NCBI GenBank assembly: GCA_964016885.1
Contig: OZ024741.1
Span: 313,472,001 to 313,536,000 of the forward strand
Origin: Eledone cirrhosa
Lineage: Eukaryota
DNA: 64,000 bases
Reading direction: 5' to 3'
Part shown: positions 39,059 through 54,653 of the stretch, one piece after another
Numbering within the stretch: the stretch's first letter is position 1
Layout of the letters: every line of letters starts with the position of its first letter
Translations under genes and position numbers: made by a program
The notes under the pieces: model-generated
Told to the model about the DNA's origin: nothing
The model's input: the letters and a program-made list of their open reading frames with translations, nothing else
The model's database searches: none

Positions 39059-39435
39059 GTAAATAAAAATGCATGTGAAGAAATTACAATTTGCCAAATA
39101 AACTTTTCAGTTAACAAAATGATTTAACTGAACAGTTGTTTAATAAACAACATGCTACCACACCATCACTTGATACGGGGTAAATTTAAAAAGCTAAATA
39201 TTCCTTATCCAATGTGTATCATTATTAGGTGGCGATATGATTTTATATCGACCTGTTTTGTTCCGTGGCGAAATTACCGGAGATTTTCCGATAGTTTAGA
39301 TAATTCAGTGAATCAATATACCATTTATATTATAACTATGATATTCATGATAATATTATATATATGTGTATATATATGTATGTATGTATATATGTATTTA
39401 TGTATGTATGTGTGTGCGTATGTGTGTATGTATAC

Positions 39436-39476
<41 letters not shown>

Positions 39477-39682
39477 TGTGTGCCTGTGTGTGTGTCTGTT
39501 TTTATTTACATGTAGGAATGTCGCAAACACATATCGTAGTAACTGGTAGAATATGATAATATTTGGAACGATTATATATCAATTTTTTTTCTTATAATAC
39601 TCTTTGTTTCTTTCATAATGTTTTTAACATTGCCTTTAACTGAACTAAAAATCCATGTATGTTTTATAGAGAATCGTTATAA

Positions 39683-40324
39683 TCAATATATATGAAACCT
39701 TGGATGTATATCTGGGTTTGTGTGTGTCTGTGAGTTTGAATCCCTAACACTCTAGAAGTACCGAACCGATTTTTTCAAAGTTTACATCTGTATTACGTAT
39801 GTTTCAGGGATGTTATGCACATACAATTCACCTTTGTTCATCCCCTAGGACCCGCATTAGTTTAAAAAGTGTTTTATTTCAGATTTTAGGGGTATCTTGA
39901 GGCTTTACGTCAGACCGATTTTCTTGAAATTGTAACTATGTATTATTCAGTCTCTTTTTATACCGGGAGCAAAGAAAATCCAACTTTTTTATTGCCTATG
40001 ACCCTCAGTAGGTGAGCAACTTCATTTTTTCAGCTTTTTAGGGATTTTTTGATGCGTTACGTCTAGCCGAAATTCCCGAAACTTCAAGGCACATTATGCA
40101 CATGAAAACAATTCATTTTCTTGATTCCCTAGGGCCCACATTAGGTGAAAACCTGTATTTTTCCTCATTCATCGAGGAAAATCTCAAAGATTATCCAGCC
40201 TTCAGAATATTCGGTTTATTTTCCTTACATATTGTCCGGGCATGCAGTCTTCCCACGATTAAGTCTGTTGGTGGCCCGCGTTCCAAAATACCTTATCCCG
40301 TGCAACGCCCAGTGCCACTGCTGG
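39683..40324 (+). mobile_element. Helitron-like element copy
   Basis: Collinear with 4570-5214. Confidence 0.7.
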
Positions 40325-40449
40325 TATTCAATAAATATACACATTCATTTTTTACCACAAGACCACTTTAAGCGTAACATTTTGTATAAAATTGTATCAT
40401 TTATAATTAATGATATATGCAACAATATCACATATAGTGATATTTTCAG

Positions 40450-40584
40450 AATGCCGAGCAGGAAGGTTTGGTGTTGCTTGTAATGGGACATACCATTGTA
40501 TCAACAGCATAAACTGTGCCAAGCGAAATGGAACATGTTCAGATGGATGTTCTGCAGGTTATACTGTTGTCAATTGCCAAGAAG
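40450..40584 (+). pseudogene. Degenerate EGF exon (type P)
   Basis: 135 nt, but Cys>Tyr (GTYHC) and donor GAAG|atatct. Confidence 0.75.
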
Positions 40585-40960
40585 ATATCTCATAAAATTG
40601 TTGCGTACTTACTAAACACACACACGCACATACACACAACTATATACCCAACCCACACACACACATATACATGTATATATATATATAAATGGAATAGAAT
40701 GAAACGAAATTTCATTTCTCACTCTTAGTACGGCACTGACTTAAATGTAAGTATTATCTATGTATACGTACATACATATATGTATACAGACGTACAGAAG
40801 TATGTATTTATATACATACATTTGTACAAACAAACAAACCGAGCATTATAATAAATGTTCGGTAAACCTATACGTGCATGTATATATGTGTGCATCTACG
40901 TATATATATACATACTACTGTACATGTATGCATATATGTATGTACGTATACATACACACA

Positions 40961-41006
<46 letters not shown>

Positions 41007-41011
<5 letters not shown>

Positions 41012-43422
41012 TACTTGAGGAGTGTCATATTGTTGTAATAACTTTGCCAGAAATAATAACAGAACACATTCACGCTTTGGTTGGTTTTCGCTTTGTATGT
41101 TTTATATCTCCATAGTTAATTCATTCGGCAATCAATGTTTATCACTGATTCACTAACAGTCAAAAATACAGATATAAATACATATATATAGTCTAAAAAA
41201 GTTCTTTCGTTTCACATCTGCAACATCATCAGTGGTACTATTATGTATCACTCCTGCTGTATTACAAGTCTACGCCATTTATATTTTATCTTTTTATTTA
41301 TTTATTTTTATTTAATTTTGTCTTCGTACCTGCGCATGCGTTTGCTTGTGTGTATAGTGTTTCGTGTGTGTGTTCGCGTTTGGGTGACTGTGTTTTGGTT
41401 ACTGTATTCTATCTTAATTTATTAGTGTGTCTTTATATGTGTTTTTTTGTTATTCTGCTTGTGTATTTATTCATTTATTTATATATATATATATATTTCT
41501 CTTAAGTCAGTATTGTTTGTTTGGGTGTTGTTATTCCATTAATTTTTTTCTGTTTAGCTTTCTCTTTTTAAGCTCTGTCGCGCTTGACTCTCTGATTTGC
41601 CTACCTGCTGGCTCATTTCTATTGTTTAGATATTATTTTAATTTCTATGTTGACTATGTTAACGTCATGTTGTTGTCTGGCATGTTCGTAGGTACTGAAC
41701 CTTTTTTTTTCCTCTTTTAATTCCCCCCACTGTTGGTCTATACTTTCTCCTATGCATCGAGCTGTCTCGCCTATGTATGGTGTCGTGATGTTTCTGCAAG
41801 TAGCCTCTGTACATCTTATGCTATAGACTACATTTCTAGTTTTACAGTTTATCTGGGTATTTACTTTACATATAGTACACTTCTTATAAGTATAGTGGGT
41901 TTTGTTGAAAGTGTGTTTTGCTGATCAGGGATTTCATGGTAGTTACTGGTTTTTCTAACACTTTACTCATTAAGTGGGTCTTTCTCAGTCCTATGTAAGC
42001 TATTCCACGATTTTCTCCTGTATAATGGGCAAATTACTTTCATGTCCAGTTCTATGAGGGTATTATACTTCTCAGTGTTTACTTTGTATACTCGGATTCT
42101 GTCTCTTTGGTTGTATCCAGAGAAATGCCTGCCCTTTATGAAGTGTTTGATGTGTCTTTCCATTTCTCTTGGGTCGCTCATGCGGGACACGTTCTTCATC
42201 ACTCGTACCACGTCTGCGATAAGAATATTAACCTTAGCACTACTGAACATTGCTGTGTATTTGAGTAACAGGTATTTGGAGGCCATGGGTTTAGCGTAGT
42301 GTGAGTGGGGAATTTGGGACCTATCGTATATAGTGTTAATCCAGAATTCCGTGTCTAATACAGGTAGTCTATTATTAGGTTGATTGGAAGGGTATTCAAT
42401 AGTTACAGTTATACTCTGGTGTATGGAGTTTGCTATCTGCTGGATTCTTTCCATTGTGCTATATTCTAATTGTTATTCGTTACTATTCTCTTGTGGCAGT
42501 GTCCTTATTACTATATTTAATATTGTCTACGTAAGGAGAGTACAGGATGTGTTCTATGGAGCTCACTTCAAGGAGATTTTTGAGTCTAAATTCCCACCAA
42601 TCCATAAAAAGGTGGCAACATCACCAGCTATGCTGATCCAAATCGTTGTTGCCTCATTTAGGGTGTAGATCTTTACGTTGAATTTGAATATATAGCCCTT
42701 TAGGCTAGTTATAATACTAGCCGCATTGCATGCAAAACCATTTTCCTTACCTGATCATTGTTTTCGGGTGTTGGTATGGCTTTAGTCTACCCAATTCACT
42801 CTCCCATGGGAGTCATTTTTGCCATTGAGTTTATGGTGGGGGGTCTTCCTCTTATGGTTCTACTAGGGCAGAAACGGCTAAGAACACGGCTGTCTAAGTA
42901 CCCGGTGTCATAGGTAAGTCTGAGTAGGAGGCCTAATTCATCCGTGTCGACGTCGCAGACCTCAACTTCACTCACACTGATTATCTCCACACATGTTTCC
43001 ACAGCAAAATCAATGTTAATGGATGGGTATATTGGTACAAAGTCCATACTGCGTATTATGCAGTTAGATAGGTTTTAGTTTTTGTTGCACTCATTGATTC
43101 TCCTGAGGAGGTCTTCTGAACTGTCACATAAATCTGGGAACATCTTGATTATGGGGCGTATAACCACTGGGAGGAACTAGGAGATCCTGTATTTGCTAGC
43201 GATATTGGCTCCGCATATAAGTCTTGTTGGTAGTCCAGTTGTCTGGTCGGCGACTGTATTATGGTCTTTCCGGAGCACATAAAAGTGTGGTAATTCATTG
43301 TTAGACGCGTAGATGTTCTTAGCAGTGGGTCTGCTTGGCTTTAGGGTAACGGTCCTCATCATCATGTGAGCGTTGACGATCATCTCTCACCCCTCATGTG
43401 TTTGTTGTGTAATTTTGCCTGG
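41007..43422 (-). mobile_element. Penelope-like element family 1, degenerate
   Basis: ORF 41963-42454 (ANSIHQSITVTIEYP..LPVLDT); homologous to the other copies. Confidence 0.75.
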
Positions 43423-43917
43423 CTATATATTTTTCTGTGTGTGTGCGTGTGTGTGTGTGTTTATTTCAACGTAGAAATGTCGCAAATATATATCGTAGTA
43501 AAAGATAAAGTATGGTGTAAATTTGAAGGTTAGATGTAAGTTTTACCTTCTCCCCAGCCGTAGATACGTTTGTCGTTGTTTATTTTCATAAAATAGAAAA
43601 TATTATAATAATCACTAAATAGTTGTAAAATAAAAATGCATGTGAAGAAAGTACAAGTTGCAAAATGTATGTTTCAGTTAACAAAATGGTTTAACTGAAC
43701 TGTTTTATTAGTAAACAATATCCTACCACACGTGAAGTGATACGCGGGAATTGTAAAAACCTAAATATTCCTTATCCAATGTGTATCAGCTTAGATGGCG
43801 ATATATATTTACTGTCGTCCTGTTTTGCTTCGTGGGGAAATTACAGTAATTTTCCGATAATTTAGATAATTCAGTGAATCAGTATTCTATTAATATAATA
43901 ACTAGAATATTAATACT

Positions 43918-45075
43918 AATAGGAATCGCTTGTGAGGACAATGTAAGATACGTTCAGTGGTGCTGTCAGTAAAGTGACAATAGAAATGGAGTTTAGTGAG
44001 GAATTCCAGATACAAGCAGGTGTACATCAATGTTCGCTCCACAGCCCAATCTTTTTCATTATAGACCTCCAATCCATGACAGTGGAGTTTAAGACTGGCT
44101 GCCCATGGGAACTTCTATATGCTGATGATCTGGTTCTTATATCAGATTGAGTACAGGAGCTAGAGAATACATTCTGGCTATGGAAACATTAATTTGAATC
44201 AAGAGGCCTGAGAGAGAACATAGCTAAAACAAAAGTGTTGATAAGTGGAAGAGAGGACAATGCTCTGATTCTATCAGGGAAATGGCCATGTTAGATATAT
44301 AGAAAAGGAACTGGCATAAATTCCATAACATATACACAATGCTGATCTTGGAGACACAATTGATGTAGTGGGATAGCAGGCAAACTAATAGGTAGGGAAA
44401 ACTACGTATGCAATAGATGTACAGGGAAAGTTGACAGTAATAATTACTGTGATAGACTCATTTTTCCAATGCAGCTGGGTTCTATAGAAGTGGCTGATAG
44501 CTTCCGGTACCCAGGTGATAAGATACGCATGGGAGGAGGGTGATCTGCGTCCATATTATCTAGTATAAGGGCGGATTGGAAGAAGTTTATGGAGTTTCTT
44601 CCTCTGTTGATAAAGAAGTGGTTCTCCATGCTTACAAATGGACGGTCATATGATACATGTGTGAGATGCGACGATGCTGCATGGTAGTTAGAAATTGACA
44701 ACAACTGCTGAAGATATACGACGGCTGGAGAGAAATAAAGCAAGTATGTTCCGTTGGATGTGCAATTGTAATGTGCGTGAACGACCAAGCATAGACGAGT
44801 TGAGAAGGAAACTGGGTATAAGAGGGATACATTGTAGTGTGCAGGAGAGAACGCTGAGACGGTATGGACATATGATGTGCATGGAGGTTGAGCGCTGTGT
44901 GAAGAAGTGCCAGGAAGTCCAAGTGGAGGGAAGACGCAGTAGGGGTAGACCACGAAGAACATGGGCGGGTCTGGTACAAGTCAACGAGAAGATGACAAAT
45001 GACCGCGACAAGTGACGAGATGCTGTGCTGAATAGGACCCGTCCAACCATTCTAGCTGGGAAAAGCGGGCGGAAA
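43918..45075 (+). mobile_element. RTE-type LINE fragment
   Basis: Collinear with 8841-9995. Confidence 0.75.
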
Positions 45076-45154
45076 AATTATAATAAATAACAATGCTTGT
45101 GAAGAAAGTACAATTTAGAAAATATACTTGTGTGTGTATGTGTGTATGTGTGTG

Positions 45155-45185
<31 letters not shown>

Positions 45186-45669
45186 TTGCGTGTGTGTGCG
45201 TGTGTGTGTGTGTGTGTTTATTTCAAAGTAAAAATGCCGCAAATACATATCGTAGTAACTGATAAAATATGGTGTAAATTTGAAGGTTTATATATGTTGT
45301 TTCTCATGGTATTGTTTGTTTCTTTCATTATGTTGTATATATATAATATATGTATCTATGTATGTATGTATATATAAGTATGTTGTATATATGTGTGTGT
45401 GTATGTATGCATTTATATATATATATATAACATATATATATACAGTATATATTATGTATATGTAAAAGGTAAACGGAAATAACAAGACAATCCGTACAGT
45501 ATATGGAAGGGATAGATTAGGTTAACGTTTGATATAGCAGGAATAGCGTCTCAGCATTTTGGACACTACTCCTTCATTAGCAGAAAGAATGAGAAATAAG
45601 ATAGATTGAGGGGGCAGTTGAGTTGGAATTGGAATAAATGTTTATTAGATAAAAATAACAGGTTCATCT

Positions 45670-45723
45670 GAACATGTTCAGATGGATGTTCTGCAGGTTA
45701 TATTGGTGTCAATTGCCAAGAAG
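45670..45723 (+). pseudogene. 5'-truncated type B EGF exon remnant
   Basis: Same deletion junction (ggttcatct|gaacatg) as the 33155 copy; donor still gt. Confidence 0.8.
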
Positions 45724-45769
45724 GTATCTCATTAAATCGTTACGTACTTACTATACACACACACACATT

Positions 45770-45834
<65 letters not shown>

Positions 45835-45888
45835 GCGCGCGCGCACGCGCACGCGCACGCGCACGCACACGCACACGCACACGCACAC

Positions 45889-45932
<44 letters not shown>

Positions 45933-46808
45933 CTATTCGTATATATTTAATTATATATAAAAAAATTATGTATATACCTTATATGCCGGTATGAAAGTTG
46001 ATGCGCTGAATACGTCGATGATTACTCTACACACACACAAAGAAACACACACACACACACACATATACATATATATACATTTATATATATACCGGTTTAA
46101 AAGTTGTTCCGCTGCATAAGTCGACCCATCAAATTTTGAGACGACACCCCAGGTATAAGGCATTACCATCTTCCCATCCGTAGATATGCTTGCCGTTGTT
46201 TATTTGCACAAAATATAAAATATGGATATAAAAACTAAATAGTTGTAAAATTTAAATGCATGTGAGTAAAGTACAATTTGTAAAATTTATATTTCATTTA
46301 ACAAAAAGATTTAACTGAACTGTTTTATTAGTAAACAACATGCTACCACACCGTCACTTGATATGCGCTAATTTAAAAATACCTAAATATTCCTTATCCA
46401 ATGTGTATCAGCATTACATGGCGATATATTTTTATTTCGACGTGTTTGTTTCATGGAAAAATCACAGCAGATTTTCCAACAGTTTCGATAATTCAGTGAA
46501 TCAGTATACCATTAATCCCATAACTATGATATTCATGATAATATTATATCTATTTTGGAAGGATTATACATGTTGTTTTTCTAATAATATTGTTTGTTTC
46601 TTTTATAATGTTATTAACATTGCATTTAACTGAACTAAATATCCATCTATAATTTATAGAAGATCGATATAACATTAAATATTTCTACAAGTTAATTCGT
46701 TTATCCCAAGCCCACTTTAATCTTGAAATTTGCTATCAAATCGTATCAATGATTTTTGTATGTAATTAATGATATCTTCAAATTTATCATATATATTGTT
46801 ATATTTAG

Positions 46809-46943
46809 AATGCCGAGAAGGAAAGTTTGGTGTTGCTTGTAATGGGACATGCCATTGTATCAACAACATGAACTGTAACAAGCGAAATGGAAGATGTTCA
46901 GATGGATGTTCTGCAGGTTATACTGGTGACAATTGCCAACAAG
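46809..46943 (+). CDS. EGF-like repeat exon, type C, intact
   Basis: ag|...|gt, 135 nt; (E)[44 protein letters not shown]. Confidence 0.85.
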
Positions 46944-47051
46944 GTATCTCATAACAAATACTTATTAGACACACAAACACACACATACATATACAAACAC
47001 ACACACACACACACACACAGTGACACACATATAAACATATTTATATATATT

Positions 47052-47096
<45 letters not shown>

Positions 47097-50000
47097 GGGG
47101 TAACAATTTATCGTTATAGGTATTCCAGTTAGATGTTGCGAGTACTCTGCGTCGTGGATAGTTTTAACGTACGGCTTTGCTTAACTGAACAATATGTTTC
47201 CATAGTTAGGGAGCGAGTTCCCGGTAAATCCTATGTAGGTTCTACTTGGAGTAATAATAGTGAAAGTATGAAGAGTAACATCGTTGGCTGTGCAACAAGG
47301 AGTTTTATGTCAGGTATTGACTATTGTTTCATTGATCAGGTGAGTCTAGAGGTCGCTAATCGCTTGAAGTTGCTCAATTCGATCTCCATTATATTATTTA
47401 CTTTAAACCAACTCCTCAGAATACAAAAAACAATTCACTCAAGGCAAAATATATAGAGAGAAATAGAGTATAATCAAAACAATAACATCAATAATAAAAT
47501 ATATATGATAAATAGGTAGAGAGGTTACAGATGTAAATGTATAATATAAAAGATAAGAAAAAGGGTACAGTAAAAAGTAAGGAAATGGAAAAAATATAAA
47601 TAATAAGGATAAGTGAGATCATGTAAGTACAGTATATGATAGTGGTAGTAGAGAGTCTGATGTAGTGACAGATAACAGAAAAAGCATAAATTAGAGATTA
47701 ATTGGGAGGTACTAGTATGAGATTTAAGGGTAAGGGTGGATGGTGAAGGGAGCTTTGACAAATGTGTGTAGTAAATATTTTGCTGATTGTCCTGTCTTAA
47801 TGGATGTGATGCTGTTTCAGGAGAGCGGGTGAAATAGATGTTAAGATATTTATGATCTAGTGACCAGTTGGTTGTTTGGCAGCTAAGAGCGGTGTGATTG
47901 TGTCTATTCCATACGTTGAAATTCTGGTGGTTCAGTTCTAAATTTGGTATTGTAGGCTCGAATCATGGTGGTTTAAAATTTGTGAACTTGGTAGCTATTT
48001 TATGCCTACAGAAAATTGATCTTTCTATTTTGCTGTTAAGCAGCATCTTATCGTACCTTAAAATATGGAATAGCTCCATATTACATAGTCTGCAGTGGGA
48101 CATTCCATTGTCGTTAGCCCTTGCTTCTGATATTTTGACCAGCTAATCCCATATTCCTGGTTTGTGTTTTTAAGCTGCAAGATTTGATTGGGTTGCGTCG
48201 TAGAATTATATAGTCTACGGTTCTTCATGGAGTGTCTGTGGACGTACCACCTTTTTTTTTAACTCCCCAGCCGTGGAACCTATGTAGTGCCAAGTAGATT
48301 TGCCTGAATTTACAGTCCACAGGTACACCATACTCGAATCCACGAATCTATTTTGCAGTGTGCACTTATCCGGTAGGTGGCAATTACAGTTGGAGGCTTT
48401 TTTTGTGCCGTTTCTCCGTTGCGGTTTTGTATGTTCGTTGTGGGTGGGTTGATATTTAGGCTAATTAGTGTTTTGTTGTGATGCGCCCTAGTGTATGTGT
48501 GGTTGCGATGTTATGTGTTTGCGTTTTGTATTAGGTGCTATGATGTATATTGGTAGGTTATTTTCTTTAGAGATGTTTTTGTGGTTGATTTTACGTATGT
48601 GTGATTCTATGTTGGCTGCAGTAGAGTAAGATTGTTAATCTACTCAAATACAATAGATTCTTTAATAGAAGAACTATCAAACAAAGTGTTTGTCTATTAG
48701 TTTAATAATGTAGAAAACAGTTTGGTTTTTATAGAGGACTTGGATATTGGATTGAACCATAGGTATTTTCTATCATAGGTATCTTCTATGCTTAGTCCTA
48801 TGCTTGTTATTTCATAAGGTGTGGGTAGTGTAGTTTTCGTTAGGGTTGTTGCTGCTGTCCCTATATGGTATGTTCTCCAACCCCTCTTTACGTCCTGCCT
48901 TATGTAAAGCTATGTTATAATAGTTTGCGTGTTCGTTAAACATCTCTAGGTCAGAAGGTAGGTGCATATTCTGATGGATATACTATGTGCTATGGTGTTA
49001 ATTATGGATCGGGGGTGGTTTGAGTTATAACTAATGTTGGCTAGATTCTCGTTATGTATATGGAAGGGCTCTATTAATCCGGTGATTAGGTTGAGTGTTA
49101 CATCTAAGGTGTTTGATTTTTTAGAATTAAGTTCGAACGTAATACCTAGGCCTAGTTTGTTAAAAAAGACTCTGATGTGTTTTCGTAATTTTTCCATGTT
49201 TTGATTATTTAAGTTTTTCTCTAAAAGGAATCTGTCGTCTCTATAAATTCATCCCTCGTGGTTATTGAATTCCTTATGTAAGTTGTGCGCTATATATATT
49301 CACACGAATTCCGTTACCTGTACCGAGTCGTTAGATCCCATTGTGATATTGAAGCTATTCTGTCTATTCTTACGTTCCCAGTAACTATTTTCGAATTTAA
49401 TGATAGTTCTCCTAGTAGCTTTATTATTTTAATTTCGTCCGAGGTAAGGTACGAATTTTCCTGGGCAAAGGTTAGCGCTTTATCTAGGGTGACTGGGGAT
49501 ATAGATGAGTAGTAGTCATCAATGTGGAACTGTACGAAGTTGGATGTTTATCTACTGTCTATTTTGCTGAACCAGTCTATTGCTTCGTTAGTGTTACCCC
49601 ATACCTTAATTATTAGTTCGTCCTTGATTTGTGCGATTACACTATCTAGTATATACTTGGCAATTCTATATATATACGACTTCGATGGGCATATTAATCT
49701 AATTGCGGGGTCTATTTCGAAATTATATTTGTGATCCTTTAGGTTAAATGTGGGGTTACAAGGTGCTAGAGGCTTGGTTCTATCAGATATTTTCAGTTTT
49801 TAGAATGCTAAGTTCTTCTTCAATAATGCTAGTAAGTGCAGATTCTGTTGTTTGTTTGTATTTTTTGTGCAGTTCACGACGTACACAATTATTGTATGTA
49901 TTAAGTCTCATGGTGTATATGCTTCAAGTTTTATCTCCTTTTACTATAATACCGTTGGCGTTGCATAGTTCTTTTAGAAGTGTATTGATGTCGTTTTACA

Positions 50001-50996
50001 ATTTGTTGTGATGTGTCATTACTTTGAATTTGGTTCCACCTATCATGTTCATGAGGTTGAGTTCGAAGGCATCGAGCTGGGGGTTATTCGGAGGATTTTT
50101 CAGGATTTGAATCCGTATATTTTCATAGTAATTTCCTCCGTGTTATTAGCGTGTCCTTTATCATAATGATAGGCCTTCCATCGGATTCGACGAATGAAGT
50201 CATTAGTCCTTGTTAGTATGTATAGGTATGTTTTTCAATGACATAACTATGTGGTGATTTTCCATTTTAGTGCCGTGCGTTAAAGTTGTTGCTCAACCTA
50301 GTGGGAGCTGGGTATATGGGGTAACAAGTTATCGTTATAGGTAATCCAGATAGAGGTTGTCAGTACTCTGCGTCATGGATAGTTTTAACGTACTGCTTTG
50401 TTTAACTTAACAAGATGTTTCCATAGTTAGGCAGCGAGTTCGCGGTAATTCCTATGTAGGTTCTACTTGGAGTAATAATAGTGAAAGTATGAAGAGTAAC
50501 ATGGTTGGTTGTACATCAAGGGACTTTGCACGTTTCGAATATGACTTTTTATGTTAGCAAAAAACCCACCACACAATCCTTATACGAACAACACTTACTC
50601 ACCACCACCACTATCATACTCTGTACTTACATGGTCTCACTTATTCTTATTACTTTATATTTTTCCATTTTCTTAATTTTTTACTGTATCTTTTTTCTTA
50701 TCTTTTACTTTTTATATTTTACATCTGTAACCTCTCTACCTATTATCATATATATTTTATTATTGTTGTTATTGTTTTGATTATACGCTATTTCTCTCTA
50801 TATATCTTGCCTTGAGAGAATTGTTTTTGTATTATGTGGAGTTGGTTAAAGGTAAATAATGTAATGGAGATCGAGTGCCGCAACTTCGAGCGATTATCGA
50901 GCTCTAGACTCACCTGATCAATAAAGCAAGTGTCAATGCCTGAAATAAGGCCCCGTGTTGTACAGCCAACCATGTTAACCTTCATCCTTTCACTAT
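47097..50996 (-). mobile_element. Penelope-like element family 2, paralogous copy
   Basis: Collinear with 12343-16146; fragment FFNKLGLGITFE..LDVTLNL..PF..ISYNSNHP. Confidence 0.65.
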
Positions 50997-51780
50997 ATAC
51001 ACCCTATATTCCGGTGTAAATCTTGATCCGCTGCATATGTCGTCCCATCAAATATTATGGTGTAAGTCAGGTTGAAGCCTATAGACACCGGTTGATACGA
51101 CACACCAGGTATAAGCCATTATCATCTGGCCAGCCGCAGATATGCTTGCCGTTAACAAAAGTATTTAACTGAAGTGTTTTATTAGTAAACAATATGCTAT
51201 CACACCCTGGCTTGATAGGCGGAATTTTTAAAAACCTAAATACTCCTTATCCAGTGTGTATCATTGTTACGTGGCGATATGATTTTACTTTCGACCTGTT
51301 TTGTTTTGTGGCGAAATTACCGGAGATTTTCCGATAGTTTAGATAATTCAGTGAATCAGTATACCATTCATATTATAACTATGATATTCATGATAATATT
51401 ATAGATATATATGTGTGTATATATTTATGTATGTATGTATTTATGTATGTATGTGTGTGTGTATGTGTGTATGTATGCATATATATATATATATACAGTA
51501 TATTATTGTAGAATATGGTAATATTTGGAAGGATTATATATGATATTTTTTCTTATAGTATTGTTTGTTACTTTCATAATGTTATTAATATTGCATTTAA
51601 TTGAACTAAAAATCCAAGTATTTTTTTATAAAGGATCGATATAATATTCAATAAATCTACAACTTAATTTGTTTAGCACAAGACCACTTTAATCTTGAAA
51701 TTTGATATAAAATTGTATCATTGATATATGTATGCAATTAATGATATCTTCAACATTATCATATATATTGTTAATTTTAG

Positions 51781-51915
51781 AATGCCGAGCAGGAAAGTTT
51801 GGTGTTGCTTGTAATGGGACCTGCCATTGTATCAACAACACGAACTGTAACAAGCGAAACGGCACATGTTTAGAAGGATGTTCTGCAGGTTATGCTGGTG
51901 TCAATTGCCAAGAAG
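51781..51915 (+). CDS. EGF-like repeat exon, type D, intact
   Basis: ag|...|gtattg, 135 nt; (E)[44 protein letters not shown]. Confidence 0.85.
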
Positions 51916-51995
51916 GTATTGTTACGTAATTATTATACACACGCACACACACATACACACACACCCACACACACAAACACACACATATTCATATT

Positions 51996-52047
<52 letters not shown>

Positions 52048-52257
52048 AATACATTTATATATATACCGTATATGACTTGTACGCGGAAATTTTTTAAAAC
52101 CTAAATATTCCTTATCCAATGTGTATCAGTTTAGATGGCGATATATATTTACTGTCGTCCTGTTTTGTTTCGTGGGGAAATTACAGTAGTTTTTCGATAA
52201 TTTAGAAAATTCAGTGAATCAGTATACCATTAATATAATAATTATAATATTAATACT

Positions 52258-53398
52258 AATAGGAATCGCTTGTGAGGAAAATGCAAGCTACGTACAGGGG
52301 TGCTGTAAGTAAAGTGATAATAGAAATGGAGTTTGTGAGGAATTCCATATAAAAGTAGGTGTACATCAAGGTTCGCTCCTCAGCCCAATCTTGTTCATTA
52401 TAGTCCTCCAAGCCATAACAGAGGAGTTTAAGACTGGCTGCCCATGGAATCATCTCTATGCTGATGATCTGGTTCTTATAGCAGATTCAGTAGAGGAGCT
52501 AGATAATAAATTATGTCTATGGAAACAGCAGTTGGAATCAAGAGGCCTGAGACTGAACATAGCTAAACAACAGCGTTGATAAGTAGAATAGAGGACAATG
52601 TTCTGATTCCATCGGGGAATTGGCCATGATAGATATATAGGAAAGGAACTGACATAAATTCCATGAAATCTACGCAATGCTGATCTTGGAGACACAAGAT
52701 ATGTAGTGGGATAGCCGGCAAACTAACAGGTAGGGAAAACTATGTATGCAATAGAGGTACAGGGAAAGTTGGCAGTAGTAATCGCTGCGATAGACTCATT
52801 TTTCAAATGCAGGTGGGTTCTATAGAAGAGGTTGTTAGCTTCCGGTACCTAGGTGATGAGATAAACATGGGAGGAGGGTTTTCCGCGTCCATAGTATCTA
52901 GAATAAGAACGGGTTGAAAGAAGTTTATGGAGCTACTTCCTCTGTTGACAAAAAAGCGTTTCTCCCTGCGTAGAAAATAACGGTTATATGATACGAGGAT
53001 GCTGCATGGTAGTTAGAAATGGACACAACTGCTGAAGATTTGCGACGGCTGGAGAAAAATGAAGCAGGTATGCACAGTTGGAGGGGCAATTTTAATGTGC
53101 GTCAACGACAAAGCATAGACGAGCTGAGTATAAGAGGGATAAGTTGTGGTGTGCAGGAGAGAAGGCTGAGATGATATGTACATATGATGTGCATGGTGGA
53201 TGAGTGCTGGGTAAAGAAGTGCCAGGAAGTCCAAGTGGAGGGAAGACGCAGTGGAGGTAGACCACAAAAGACATGGCCGGGGCTGGTTAAACTCACCGAG
53301 GAGATGACAAAGGACCGTGACAAGTGGGGAGATGCTGTGCTGAATAAGACCCGTCCAACCATTTCAAGCAGGGAAAAGAGGGCGGAAAATGATAGTAA
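52258..53398 (+). mobile_element. RTE-type LINE fragment
   Basis: Collinear with 17381-18520. Confidence 0.75.
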
Positions 53399-53714
53399 AT
53401 AAAAATGAATGTGGAGAAAGTACAAATTGCCAAATATACTTAGCAGTTAACAAAATGATTTAACTGAACATTATTATTAGTAAACAAGATGCTACCACAC
53501 CATCACTTGATACGCGGTAAATTTAAAAAGCTAAATATTCCTTATCCAATGTGTATCATTATTACGTGGCGATATAATTTTACTCTCGACCTGTTTTATT
53601 TCGTGGGAAAATTACCGGAGATTTTCCGATTGTTTAGATAATTCAGTGAATCAGTATACCATTCATATTATAACTATGATATTCATTATAATATTATAGA
53701 TATATATGTGTGTG

Positions 53715-53746
<32 letters not shown>

Positions 53747-54360
53747 TGTATGTATGTATGTATGTATGTATGTATGTATGTATGTATGTATGTATGTATG
53801 CATGTTCTGCTGGTTTTATAATTTCACAAAGTTTTATCAATAGAGAGAGAGTCGGTTTCTAACATAAACACAAGACTCTCTCATTGGAATTAACACAACA
53901 CCAACTAGTTAGATATATATGTATGCATGCATGTGTAGATATGGATGTTATTGTATGTGTGCATGTGTATATGCTTTGTATCTGTACATGTGCATATGCA
54001 GTTATTAGAGGCAAAATTGTTGGAATGTTTTATATATTTTTACTGTTCCATTAATGGATTCTACTTGTGGTTACCTAACTAGTTGTTTATGTATGTATGT
54101 ATGCATGTATGTATGTATCATATATGTATGGGTGTGTGTATGTGTAAATGTATGCATTTATATATATACAGTATATAATATATATATATTTCGTTTCTGA
54201 ATTTGTTTAGCAAGATACTTTATCTGAAAACGTGTGTTGAATTCGATATTGTTATGCTTTCGGAGGGTCATGTTGCCAATAAGAAACACCAGTAAATTGA
54301 AGTGAAAGAAACTGGTGCGTGTGTTTCTTATTGGCAACATGACCCTCCCAAAGCATAACA

Positions 54361-54445
<85 letters not shown>

Positions 54446-54653
54446 TGTGTGCTTGTGCGTATGTGTGTCTGGTTTTATTTATATGTAAGAATGACGCAAA
54501 CACATATCGTAGTAACTGGTAGAATATGATAATATTTGGAACGATTATATATCATTTTTTTCTTATAATACTCTTTGTTTCTTCCATAATGTTTTTAACA
54601 TTGCATTTGACTGAACTAAAAATCCATGTATGTTTTATAGAGAATCGTTATAA

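Noticed and set aside
38380-39117. Minus-strand ORFs up to 245 aa over RTE fragments (also 9307-9974, 44444-44962)
   Set aside because: Antisense shadows of the LINE coding frame with no recognisable motifs.
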